A program made the translations under genes and the position numbers. 64,000 bases of DNA from Vicinamibacteria bacterium (GTDB lineage Bacteria; Acidobacteriota; Vicinamibacteria; Marinacidobacterales; Marinacidobacteraceae), in NCBI GenBank assembly GCA_963422395.1, contig OY729431.1, positions 352,001 to 416,000 on the forward strand, written 5' to 3'. Position 1 is the first letter of the stretch. Every line of letters begins with the position of its first letter. Shown piece after piece: positions 1 through 8,368 of the stretch. Below the pieces are notes generated by a model, which was not told where the DNA came from, made no database searches, and was given only the letters and a program-made list of their open reading frames with translations.

Positions 1-56
1 CGCTCCGGGTGCCGCTCGCCGCAGAAGTCGCCATCTCCGACTGCTGGGAACACTGA
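1..56 (+). CDS. polA: 3' end of a gene entering the window, probably DNA polymerase I
   Basis: Frame from nt 3 reads LRVPLAAEVAISDCWEH*, like the PolA C-terminus (LxVPLxxxxxxGxxWxxAH). Only 17 residues are visible. Confidence 0.5.
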   Translation, partial: LRVPLAAEVAISDCWEH

Positions 57-121
57 TCCCGCCGCGAAGCTCGGACCCGAGCCGGGGGTACGCTCCCGGA
101 ACCAGCCAAGACGGCGCCCCC

Positions 122-1387
122 ATGATTCGACGCATTCAGGCCCTGAACTACCGCTGCCTCCGGTATGTGGATTTGGAACTGGATCGGTTCCACCTCGCGG
201 TGGGCCCCAACGCGAGCGGCAAGAGCACGCTCTTCGATGGGGTCGCGTTCCTCGGGGACTTGGTGCGCGACGGAGTGGATGCCGCGGTCGAGAAGCGGAC
301 CCGGAACTTCCAGGACCTGGTGTGGGGCCGTCCCGACCACGATCTCCGCTTCGAACTGGCGGTCGAGTTCGAAATCCCGGACGAGATTCGGAAAACGCTG
401 CCCAGAGATCGCGGGTTTCGGCTCTTTCGGTACGAAGTCGCGGTCGAAGAACGCGACCGGGAAGTGCGGATCGACTCCGAACGGGGCCTCCTGATCAGCA
501 AATCGCGCGACCTCGAGCCGCAGCCGCGTTCGCTGTTCCCCTCGCCGCCGCCGCCGGCGGCGTCGATTCTCCTGGGTGGAGGAAAACACGGATCCCGAAC
601 CATCCTGAGCAAATCGCGCGGAGGGCGGGACAACTTCAACATCGAGGTTTCCCCGGAGTCCGGGAAGGGCTGGGCGGTCAGCGTGTCCTTCGGTCCCCAC
701 CGATCGGCTCTCGGAAACCTGCCGGAATCCCAGCAGAAGTTCCCCGCCGCGACTTATGCCAAGCGCATCTTGACGGAGGGAGTGAAGCCGCTGTTCCTGG
801 ATGCCGAGAGGATGCGGGCGGCGAGTCCTCCGGGTCAGCGGCTGGGCGGTTTCGCTCTCGACGGCTCGAATCTGCCGTGGGCCGTCCAGTCGCTCCGGGA
901 GGAGCATCCGAAGGACTACGAGGAGTGGATGGCCCATGTCCGGACGGCGCTCCAGGATCTGAAAGAGGTGTCGGTGATCGAACGCGAGGACGACCGGCAC
1001 GCCTATCTCACCCTCGCCTACCAGAGCGGGTTGACGGTCCCCTCATGGGCCGCGTCCGACGGCACGATGCGATTCCTGGCCCTCACCCTGCTCGGGTATC
1101 TGCCGTCTTCCGGCGTCTATCTCATCGAGGAGCCGGAAAATGGACTCCATCCCTTCGCTCTCGATGCGGTGTACGGCGCGCTTTCCTCGGTCCCGGATTC
1201 TCAGGTCCTGTCGGCGACCCACTCGCCGGCGTTCCTGAAGTTGGCCGCCCCCGAGGAGGCTCTGTGCTTCGCCAAGAACGCCGAGGGGGCCACCGACATC
1301 GTGCGGGGCGACCGGCATCCCCACCTGAGGGACTGGAAGGAAAAGGCCGACATGGATCTTCTCTTCGCCACCGGCGTGATCGGCTGA
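122..1387 (+). CDS. AAA/ABC-type ATPase, MADS defence MAD3-like
   Basis: N-terminus MIRRIQALNYRCLRYV, Walker A GPNASGKST, signature SDGTMRFLAL, Walker B/D-loop LIEEPENGLHP, H-switch ATHSP. Confidence 0.8.
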   Translation: MIRRIQALNYRCLRYVDLELDRFHLAVGPNASGKSTLFDGVAFLGDLVRDGVDAAVEKRTRNFQDLVWGRPDHDLRFELAVEFEIPDEIRKTLPRDRGFRLFRYEVAVEERDREVRIDSERGLLISKSRDLEPQPRSLFPSPPPPAASILLGGGKHGSRTILSKSRGGRDNFNIEVSPESGKGWAVSVSFGPHRSALGNLPESQQKFPAATYAKRILTEGVKPLFLDAERMRAASPPGQRLGGFALDGSNLPWAVQSLREEHPKDYEEWMAHVRTALQDLKEVSVIEREDDRHAYLTLAYQSGLTVPSWAASDGTMRFLALTLLGYLPSSGVYLIEEPENGLHPFALDAVYGALSSVPDSQVLSATHSPAFLKLAAPEEALCFAKNAEGATDIVRGDRHPHLRDWKEKADMDLLFATGVIG

Positions 1388-1406
1388 TCGGCCGGTGGAC
1401 CGGGCG

Positions 1407-1547
1407 ATGCGGTCCGAAACCCGGAATCTGATCGTGCTGGTTCCCGATGCGGACATCGAGCAGACGATTCGCGGCCTGCTTTCGAGAACGGACTTCGGAT
1501 TTCGTCCCATCCCCCATGAGGTGAGGCGCCATCCCGGCCGGTTCTGA
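1407..1547 (+). pseudogene. Truncated MAD4-like (TOPRIM/DUF4276-type) partner protein, 46 aa
   Basis: MRSETRNLIVLVPDADIEQTIRGLLSRTDFGFRPIPHEVRRHPGRF* directly follows the ATPase and stops 1 bp from the convergent gene's stop. Confidence 0.65.
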
Positions 1548-1548
1548 G

Positions 1549-2325
1549 TCAGCCGCTGCCCAGATAGATCCCCTGTGGGTCGAGGTCTTCGCGGAGCAGG
1601 CGGAGCGTCTCGGCATCGGGCGCATCGGTTTCGCCGAGCGGGGACGCGGTGCGCAGGTTCCAGCCGGTGTTCTCGCGCACCTGATCGAGGCTGATTCCCG
1701 GATGGAGGGATTCGAGGGTCATCTCGCGGCTCGAATCGTCGAATCCATACACTCCGAGGTCGGTGATGACGCGCGACGGGCCGCCTCCCGGAGCGCCCAT
1801 CGCTTCGCGGCTTCGCCCTCCTTCGGCCCAGCCGACGGTGGTGCGGAAGTCCAGCCGTTCGACGAACCTCCGCCGGTCCTGGCGGACGATGATCACCGTG
1901 CGCCTCGCATTCCAGGCGATGTCCGGCGCGCCCCCGGCGCCTGGCAGCCGCACTCGCGGGCGGTCGTACTCCGCCCCGACCACGGTGGTGTTCAGATTCC
2001 CGAAACGGTCGATCTGCGCCGCCCCGAGGAAGCCCAGATCGGTTCGGCCGCCCTGGAGGAAGTAGAGGAAGGTCTCGGTCATCGGGAGAATCTGAGCGGA
2101 CCCGGAGACGAGACAGGGATCACCGATGGAGATCGGGAGCCGGGCCGGACGCGCTCCGAACACTCCGGATTCGTAGATGAGATGCGCGCGGGGAGCGTGG
2201 GTCCGGCGCGCGAGCTGCACCGCGAGGTTCGGGAGTCCGATGCCGACGAACACGCAGGCTCGGTCGTGCACTTCGCGGGAAGCGGCGAAGACCATCCTCT
2301 CCGCCCGGGTGGGTCCCCGACTCAC
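1549..2325 (-). CDS. CoA-transferase subunit beta (glutaconate/3-oxoadipate family I)
   Basis: VFVGIGLP, LIYESG, GFLGAAQIDRFGNLN, RLPGAGGA, VITDLG. GTG start overlaps the alpha stop (GTGA at 2322-2325). Confidence 0.9.
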   Translation of the reverse strand: MSRGPTRAERMVFAASREVHDRACVFVGIGLPNLAVQLARRTHAPRAHLIYESGVFGARPARLPISIGDPCLVSGSAQILPMTETFLYFLQGGRTDLGFLGAAQIDRFGNLNTTVVGAEYDRPRVRLPGAGGAPDIAWNARRTVIIVRQDRRRFVERLDFRTTVGWAEGGRSREAMGAPGGGPSRVITDLGVYGFDDSSREMTLESLHPGISLDQVRENTGWNLRTASPLGETDAPDAETLRLLREDLDPQGIYLGSG

Positions 2326-3218
2326 CGGTAATCTCCGTAGTCCACCGGCCCCGCGAGTCGGCGGCCGGGACGAAGTCGTTTTCGGGTCTCGTTCGGAAGC
2401 CGCGCGAGATACGCGGCCCGGTCCGCGAGTCCGTGGACCCATTCCTCGAGGTAGCGGTCGAGTTCGGCGGGATCGCGGGTGATGCGGTCCCAGGCGAGAT
2501 AGGCGTCGTTGTCCCGGTCGTAGTACCCCTGCGCGAAGCTCGGATGGGCGCCGAACGGCTCCTCCACCACCGCATCCACGATCGTGCCGGGGATCTGGGT
2601 GCGGTTGGGATCGGCCCGCACCACGCTATCCGCCACGATTTCCTCGACCACCACGATCACCTTGCGGGCGGCGAAGGCGGCTTCCTTCTGCGCGCCCAGC
2701 AGCCCCCAGATCTGGGTGTTGCCTTCCCGGTCGGCCCGTTGCGCGTGCAGCAAGGCGACATCGGCAGGGAGTGCCGACACCGCGTCGAGCCGTTCGCCGG
2801 TGAAGGGGCAGGACACCTCACGGAGGTTCGGGTTCACCCGGGGCAGGTCGGTGCCTCGGTAGCCGCGGAGCGGGAAGAAAGGGAGCCCCGAGGCAGCCGC
2901 CTGGTAACGGCAGAGGAGGCCGAAGTGGGAGTACTCCTCGATTTCGAGCGGCGCCGGCGAGCCCCGCTCCACCGCGCGGCGGACTGCGTGGAGCGAGCCG
3001 ACTCCCGGGTTGCCGAGCCAGCCGAAAATCAGCTTCCGCGCAGTTCCGGCACTCACCATCTGGTCCATGAGGAGATCGGGCGTCAGCCGGACGAGAGTGA
3101 GGCCGCGGCGGCGCTGCCGGATGATCTCGTGCCCGGCAGCGAAGGGGATCAGGTGGGTGAATCCTTCCAGCACCACCGTGTCTCCGTCCCGGACGAAGCG
3201 ATCCACGGCCTCGCGCAT
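2322..3218 (-). CDS. CoA-transferase subunit alpha
   Basis: EGFTHLIPFAAGHEIIRQ, EEYSH, HAQRADREGN, GAHPSFAQGYYDRD. Confidence 0.9.
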   Translation of the reverse strand: MREAVDRFVRDGDTVVLEGFTHLIPFAAGHEIIRQRRRGLTLVRLTPDLLMDQMVSAGTARKLIFGWLGNPGVGSLHAVRRAVERGSPAPLEIEEYSHFGLLCRYQAAASGLPFFPLRGYRGTDLPRVNPNLREVSCPFTGERLDAVSALPADVALLHAQRADREGNTQIWGLLGAQKEAAFAARKVIVVVEEIVADSVVRADPNRTQIPGTIVDAVVEEPFGAHPSFAQGYYDRDNDAYLAWDRITRDPAELDRYLEEWVHGLADRAAYLARLPNETRKRLRPGRRLAGPVDYGDYR

Positions 3219-3346
3219 GGTGAGGATCTTGGAGTCGGACAGGATCGAGAGCCTCTTCGAGGTGAAGGATTATCGGCGAGCGCAGGGGAGCGGCATGTGC
3301 TTTGGCCCGCTCCATCGCATGAGCAGCGTCCAGATGGAGCAGACGG

Positions 3347-4684
3347 CTATGGAGCCGGAGCCAGCCCCTGCAGGGCGGCGAGGAATCGTCGGCCGATTTC
3401 GACGATCTCCCCTCGGGTGACGGTGAGGGGAGGGGCGAGGAGAACGAGGTCCCCCTGTTGTCTGCCGGAAACGCCGACCGGATAGACGAGGAGGCCTTCT
3501 TCCCATGCTGCCGCGGCGAGACCGCGGGCGCTGACGCCGCCGCTCTCCGGTGGGCGGAGCGCAACCCCCGCCAGCAGGCCGCGCCCCCAGACCCCTTCGA
3601 CCGGAGCGAGGCCGGCGAGCGGCCGCAGCGCGTTCTGCATGTCTTCTTCGAGCGCTGCTGCGCGGCCCACCAGTTTCTCTTCCTCGATCAGTCGGAGCAC
3701 TTCCCCGACGACTGCTGCCGCCACTGGATGGTGCGAGAAGGTGAATCCGTGCCGAAATACCGGCGCGGCGGCTTCCACGACTTCCGCCTTGGCGACCACG
3801 GCGCCGCCGGGCAGGAATCCGGAGGTGAGCCCCTTGCCCAGCACCACCAGGTCCGCCGCAACACCGGCGTACTCCGAGGCGAGAAAGCGTCCGGTCCGGC
3901 CGCAGCCGGTCAGCACCTCGTCGGCGATGAGCAGCAGACCCCGCTCGTCGGCAGTGCGGCGAAGACGCCGCAGGTATTCCTCGGGCGGAGCGAATCCGCC
4001 CGCCGAGGCGCCCAGAATCGGCTCCACGAGGATCGCGGCGACGGTTTCCCCGGATTCGTCGAGCAACCGCTGTACTTCGTCGGCGCATGCGACTTCGCAT
4101 CCCGGAAAGGTGCGCTGCAAGGGGCAGCGGGGACACCACGGCGCCGGCACCAGCGGCATTTCGGCGAGCAGCGGGGCGTACGGAGTCCGGAGCGCCGCCC
4201 GGCCGGAAACGGCGAGCGCGCCCAAGGTGTTGCCGTGGTATCCGGGAGTTTGCGAGATGACCCGAAACCGCTCCGGATGGTCCGTCGCCACTGCGTGCGC
4301 GCGAGCCAGCTTGATCGCGGTTTCGACTGCTTCCGTCCCCCCGGGCGTCAGATAGACCTTGGCGTCCCGATAGCCGGACGGAAGGGCGCGGACCAGCCGC
4401 GCTGCTGCGTCTTCCATGGCGAGGGTGGTGAACTGGGTTCCGTGGACATAGGCGGCCGCTTCGAGCTGGGCGGCCGCTGCCCGGGCCACCTCCCGCCGGC
4501 CGTGGCCGACGCTGATCGCGAGGGCGCCGCCGCAGGCGTCGAGCCAGCGGCTTCCATCCGGGGTCTCGATCCAGCTGCCTTCGGCGCGTGCTGCGACGCG
4601 GTAATCGCGCTCGAGATCACGATAGAAGACCGGGCTTTCGGGGTAGCGGAGGGGAGAGGAGCCGCCGGGTTCGTGCCCCGGCAT
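3347..4684 (-). CDS. Class III PLP-dependent aminotransferase
   Basis: WLDACGG, GTEAVETAIK, YHGNTLG, LIADEVLTGCGRTG, PLP lysine in LGKGLTSG, HGFTF. Confidence 0.9.
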   Translation of the reverse strand: MPGHEPGGSSPLRYPESPVFYRDLERDYRVAARAEGSWIETPDGSRWLDACGGALAISVGHGRREVARAAAAQLEAAAYVHGTQFTTLAMEDAAARLVRALPSGYRDAKVYLTPGGTEAVETAIKLARAHAVATDHPERFRVISQTPGYHGNTLGALAVSGRAALRTPYAPLLAEMPLVPAPWCPRCPLQRTFPGCEVACADEVQRLLDESGETVAAILVEPILGASAGGFAPPEEYLRRLRRTADERGLLLIADEVLTGCGRTGRFLASEYAGVAADLVVLGKGLTSGFLPGGAVVAKAEVVEAAAPVFRHGFTFSHHPVAAAVVGEVLRLIEEEKLVGRAAALEEDMQNALRPLAGLAPVEGVWGRGLLAGVALRPPESGGVSARGLAAAAWEEGLLVYPVGVSGRQQGDLVLLAPPLTVTRGEIVEIGRRFLAALQGLAPAP

Positions 4685-4690
4685 CTCCTG

Positions 4691-5365
4691 TCAGCAGCCT
4701 CTCCCGGTTTCGCTCGCGGCGGCCTTTCCCGCAAGCGCCCCGGGCAGTTCCCCGATGCCGCGGAGCAGGAAGTCCGGCTCTGCCGTGCGCAGCATCGCCT
4801 GGCCGCTGAAGCGGCTGACCACGGCAGCGGTCAGTGTCCCGGCCTGTTTCCCCATCGCCACATCCTCTGGCCGGTCGCCTGCATAGAGTGCCTCGGAAGA
4901 CTTCATCCCGAGGCGGCCGAGTGCGAGCAGCAGGGCTTCCGGGTGGGGTTTCTTGCGGCGGGCATCTTCGAAGGCCACTACGGCCCCGAATCTGCCGCTG
5001 AGCCCGCAGCGGTCGAGATCTTCGAGAAAGCGATCCCGGTCCGCGGTGGTCACCACGCCGAGCCGCGCGCCGGCCTCCGCAAGAGTCGTCAACACTGCGA
5101 GCGCTCCCGGAAAGAGGGCTACCTCCCGGCTTCGCTCGTCGTATTTCTTTCGCCACAACGCTCCCGCTTCCGTCCAGCGGTCTTCGGGAATACCGAGCTG
5201 ACGGTAGGTCTCGTGCCAGTCCGGGCGGTAGGTGCTGCGATAGAGCTCCTCGTCCATCGCGATGCCGAAGTGCCGGAACACCGCGAGCGAGGCGTGCTGG
5301 ATCACCGCGAAGCTGTCCGCGAGCGTCCCGTCCCAATCGAAGAGGAAGGCGGAAGGAGAAGGCAA
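4691..5365 (-). CDS. HAD-family hydrolase (phosphoglycolate phosphatase-like)
   Basis: Motif I FDWDGTL, motif II VVTT, KKPHP, GDRPED. TTG start inferred. Confidence 0.85.
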   Translation of the reverse strand: MPSPSAFLFDWDGTLADSFAVIQHASLAVFRHFGIAMDEELYRSTYRPDWHETYRQLGIPEDRWTEAGALWRKKYDERSREVALFPGALAVLTTLAEAGARLGVVTTADRDRFLEDLDRCGLSGRFGAVVAFEDARRKKPHPEALLLALGRLGMKSSEALYAGDRPEDVAMGKQAGTLTAAVVSRFSGQAMLRTAEPDFLLRGIGELPGALAGKAAASETGRGC

Positions 5366-5467
5366 AGGGACCGGGCAGCGCAGCGCGGCTTCACGCTGGA
5401 TCGAAGCGTACCGCCGGAAACCGCACTGCGAGCGGGAATTCGACTGCTGCCGACTAGAATGTGCCCG

Positions 5468-6034
5468 ATGATGGATTGCCGTGCTTCTTCGCTGGATACC
5501 GGGGTCCCCGCGATCGGGCGTCTCGAATTGCTGAGCACCAGTCACGGACTGGCCGCGGTCCTGTTCTGCGGCAGCCGGCGTTCGCCGGCCGCCGAGCGGT
5601 GGCTGGAACGCGAAGTTCGTTCGCTCGTTCCCGCGCCCCCGGGGGAACACGAACGCTTCAGTCGTCAGATTCTCGATTTCCTCGTTGGGGAGCGCCGCGA
5701 GTTCCAGTTCCCGATCCACCGGACCGGCACCCCGTTCCAGCGCGCCGTCCTCGACGCGGTGGCGCGGGTCCCCTACGGCAGCCGCGCCAGCTACGGGGAA
5801 ATCGCCCGCGCCGTCGGGAATCCGGCGGCGAGCCGCGCGGTGGGGGCGGCGAACGGCGCGAATCCGCTGCCGCTGGTCCTCCCCTGCCATCGGATCGTGG
5901 GTGCTTCGGCCGGTCCGATCGGGTCCGAATCGGTCGAATCCAAATCCAGATTGGTCGGGTACGGTGGGGGCCTCGACGCGAAGCGCTGGCTGCTGGCCAG
6001 GGAAGCGTCGGCGGCGCTGGCGCTCGCCTCGTGA
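5468..6034 (+). CDS. ogt: Methylated-DNA-protein-cysteine methyltransferase
   Basis: GTPFQRAV, VPYG..SYGEIA, RAVGAANGANP, active site PCHRIV, GYGGGL..KRWLL. This is the real C-terminal part of the 3458..6034 ORF. Confidence 0.9.
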   Translation: MMDCRASSLDTGVPAIGRLELLSTSHGLAAVLFCGSRRSPAAERWLEREVRSLVPAPPGEHERFSRQILDFLVGERREFQFPIHRTGTPFQRAVLDAVARVPYGSRASYGEIARAVGNPAASRAVGAANGANPLPLVLPCHRIVGASAGPIGSESVESKSRLVGYGGGLDAKRWLLAREASAALALAS

Positions 6035-6042
6035 GCGGAGAG

Positions 6043-6792
6043 ATGTCCGGGCGGCTCGTCAGCCGCGCAGAGAGGCCCTTCTCCGGATTCCAGGCCGCGA
6101 TTGCGGCGCTGCTGGCGTTCGGGCTGTGCGCTGGGTGCGGAGGAAGCGACTCTTCGGATACGACCGAAGTCGAATCTCCCGCCGAAGAAACCGGGGGAAG
6201 CCCCGGAGAAGAGGAAACGACTTCCAGCGAAATGACCGAAGCAACGAAAGACCCAACAGCAGACCCGGCAGACCTGGCGACACCCGGAGCGCCGGTCGTT
6301 CTGATGCGAACCACTCTCGGGGATCTCCGGATCGAGCTCTACCCGCAGGAGGCACCGGTGACGGTGGAGAACTTCCTGCGTTATGTGGAGGACGGACATT
6401 ACGACGGCACGATCTTCCACCGGGTCGTGCGCGGGTTCGTGATCCAGGGTGGGGGCTTCAGCGCGGAGATGGAAGAAAAGGAGACGCGCGATCCGGTCCT
6501 CAACGAGGCGCAGAACGGTCTTCGGAACCTCCGCGGCACCCTTTCCATGGCTCGCACTTCCGATCCGCACAGCGCGACCTCGCAGTTCTTCGTGAACACC
6601 ACGGACAACGCCATGCTCGACCACACCGGGACTTCGATGCGAGGTTGGGGCTATGCGGTCTTCGGCAAGGTGATCGCGGGGATGGAAGCTGTGGAGCGCA
6701 TCGAGGCGACTCCGGTGGTGAGCCGCGCGGGACACAACGATGTTCCCGAGACCCCGGTCGTCATCGAATCGGCTTCCGTCGTGTCGCGTTAG
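6043..6792 (+). CDS. Cyclophilin-type peptidyl-prolyl isomerase, predicted lipoprotein
   Basis: Lipobox LCAGC, acidic linker, APVTVENF, FHRVVRGFVIQGGG, SMART..PHSATSQFFVN, YAVFGKV. Confidence 0.92.
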   Translation: MSGRLVSRAERPFSGFQAAIAALLAFGLCAGCGGSDSSDTTEVESPAEETGGSPGEEETTSSEMTEATKDPTADPADLATPGAPVVLMRTTLGDLRIELYPQEAPVTVENFLRYVEDGHYDGTIFHRVVRGFVIQGGGFSAEMEEKETRDPVLNEAQNGLRNLRGTLSMARTSDPHSATSQFFVNTTDNAMLDHTGTSMRGWGYAVFGKVIAGMEAVERIEATPVVSRAGHNDVPETPVVIESASVVSR

Positions 6793-6803
6793 GCGGGATC
6801 GCG

Positions 6804-7532
6804 TCAGGCGGGGCCGCACACCGCGAGCAGTACTTCCGGCCAGCCTCGCGCCTCCGCGAGGGGGTAGGGCGCATGGCGTGCCTCGCGTTCGGCGGGAAGC
6901 CGGACGATGTTCCGCAGTCCGTGCAGTCCCCGCGCCGCCGCCGGAGAGAGCCGGGCGAGAGCGGTGAGACTTCGCTGGTGTCCTTCGGAACACGGCGTCT
7001 GGCCGTACCACTCGATGGCGGCGAACTGCGAACGCAGCAACGCATCGAACTCCCGGAGCGAGTATTCCCGCTCGTGATAGGGGTTGTCCGGCCGATCCGC
7101 GATGGTTCGTCCGGGGCTCGTGACTTCGCGCTCCGGAGTGGAGCAGAGGAACATGCCTCCGGGCGCGAGCACTCGCCGCGCTTCCCGCACCACCCCGTGG
7201 TCGTCCCGCACATGTTCGATCGTCTCGAACGACACATAGAGATCGAAGCTGGCGTCCCGGAACGGGAGCCGCGCCGCGTCCGCGAGGACGCCGCGAATTG
7301 CACCGGCGCCCGACCCGGGAATCGCCGCCTCCCGGAAGGCGTCTGCCGAGCGGTCGGCGGACACCACCGAGCGCGCGCCGCCGGCGCGCAGCATCGCCGA
7401 TCCGTAGCCAGCCCCCGAAGCGAGGTCGAGCACGCGCTTCCCCCCGGCGCGGCCCGCTGCAAAGCGGTAGCGCGCTACATGCTGATGGCGGAGCCATGGG
7501 GAGGCGAAACGGTGGAGGGCGAGGCGTTCCAG
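6804..7532 (-). CDS. Class I SAM-dependent methyltransferase
   Basis: VLDLASGAGYG, DAARLPF..SFD, SFETIEH, NPYHERE. The conserved HxxRYxFA motif lies upstream of the first canonical start, so a CTG start at about 7532 is inferred. Confidence 0.8.
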   Translation of the reverse strand: MERLALHRFASPWLRHQHVARYRFAAGRAGGKRVLDLASGAGYGSAMLRAGGARSVVSADRSADAFREAAIPGSGAGAIRGVLADAARLPFRDASFDLYVSFETIEHVRDDHGVVREARRVLAPGGMFLCSTPEREVTSPGRTIADRPDNPYHEREYSLREFDALLRSQFAAIEWYGQTPCSEGHQRSLTALARLSPAAARGLHGLRNIVRLPAEREARHAPYPLAEARGWPEVLLAVCGPA

Positions 7533-7591
7533 AAGCGAGGGGCCGGGGCCGCCGGACGGGGTATCTTCGCCGAGTCGCCCCTCGCTCCGTC

Positions 7592-8368
7592 GTGATTCCC
7601 GTGGATGCGATCCGTCCGGGGGCCGTCCGGAGGCCCGGCGGGCCCCCGGGGGTCAGCGCCTGCTTCCCGGCCTTCAACGACGCCGGCGCGATCGGCTGGG
7701 TCGTGCGGCGGGCGCTCGATGCGCTCCGCGGCACCGGCCTCGAATTCGAGATTCTCGTCCTCGACGACGGCAGCACCGACCGAACCGCCGAAGTCCTCGC
7801 CGCCCTGGCGGTCGAAATCTCCGCCCTGCGAGTGCTCCGCCACGAGACGAATCGGGGGTACGGCGCCGCCCTGCGCGATCTGTTCGCCGCCGCCCGCCTC
7901 CCGCTCGTCTTCTACACCGACGGGGACGGGCAGTTCGACCCCCAGGAGTTTCCCCGTCTGCTCGACGCCGCGGCGCCCGACATCGGGCTCGTGAACGGCT
8001 ACCGCCGCCGGCGGGCCGACGGTCCCCTGCGGCGGCTCCTCGGCCCCCGCTTCCACCGGCTGGTGGGCGCCACCTTCGGTTTCCCGAGTCTGAGCGACTG
8101 GGACTGCGACTTCCGGCTCTTTCGTCGGGAACTGCTTCGAGACGCTCCGCTGCGCTTCGACGACGGCACCGCGGTGGTCGAGTTCCTGGCGGCGCTCGGG
8201 GAGCGTGGAGTCCGCACCGCCGAAGTCGAAGTGAGCCACCGCGTCCGGCGCGCCGGCGGCAGCCAGTACTTCCGCCTCGGTCCGGTCCTCGCCGGCCACC
8301 GCAACCTGCTCCGCCTCTATCGGCAGTGCGGTTCGCCGCCCATCCGCTGGCGGGCGTGGTTTCAGTAG
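7592..8368 (+). CDS. Glycosyltransferase family 2
   Basis: FPAFND, VLDDGSTD, NRGYGAAL, DxD motif TDGDGQF, DCDFRLFRR. Confidence 0.88.
   Translation: MIPVDAIRPGAVRRPGGPPGVSACFPAFNDAGAIGWVVRRALDALRGTGLEFEILVLDDGSTDRTAEVLAALAVEISALRVLRHETNRGYGAALRDLFAAARLPLVFYTDGDGQFDPQEFPRLLDAAAPDIGLVNGYRRRRADGPLRRLLGPRFHRLVGATFGFPSLSDWDCDFRLFRRELLRDAPLRFDDGTAVVEFLAALGERGVRTAEVEVSHRVRRAGGSQYFRLGPVLAGHRNLLRLYRQCGSPPIRWRAWFQ

Noticed and set aside
1549-5365. CoA-transferase, aminotransferase III and HAD as one novel catabolic pathway
   Set aside because: Co-orientation is the only evidence. No substrate-specific gene or regulator supports a shared pathway.
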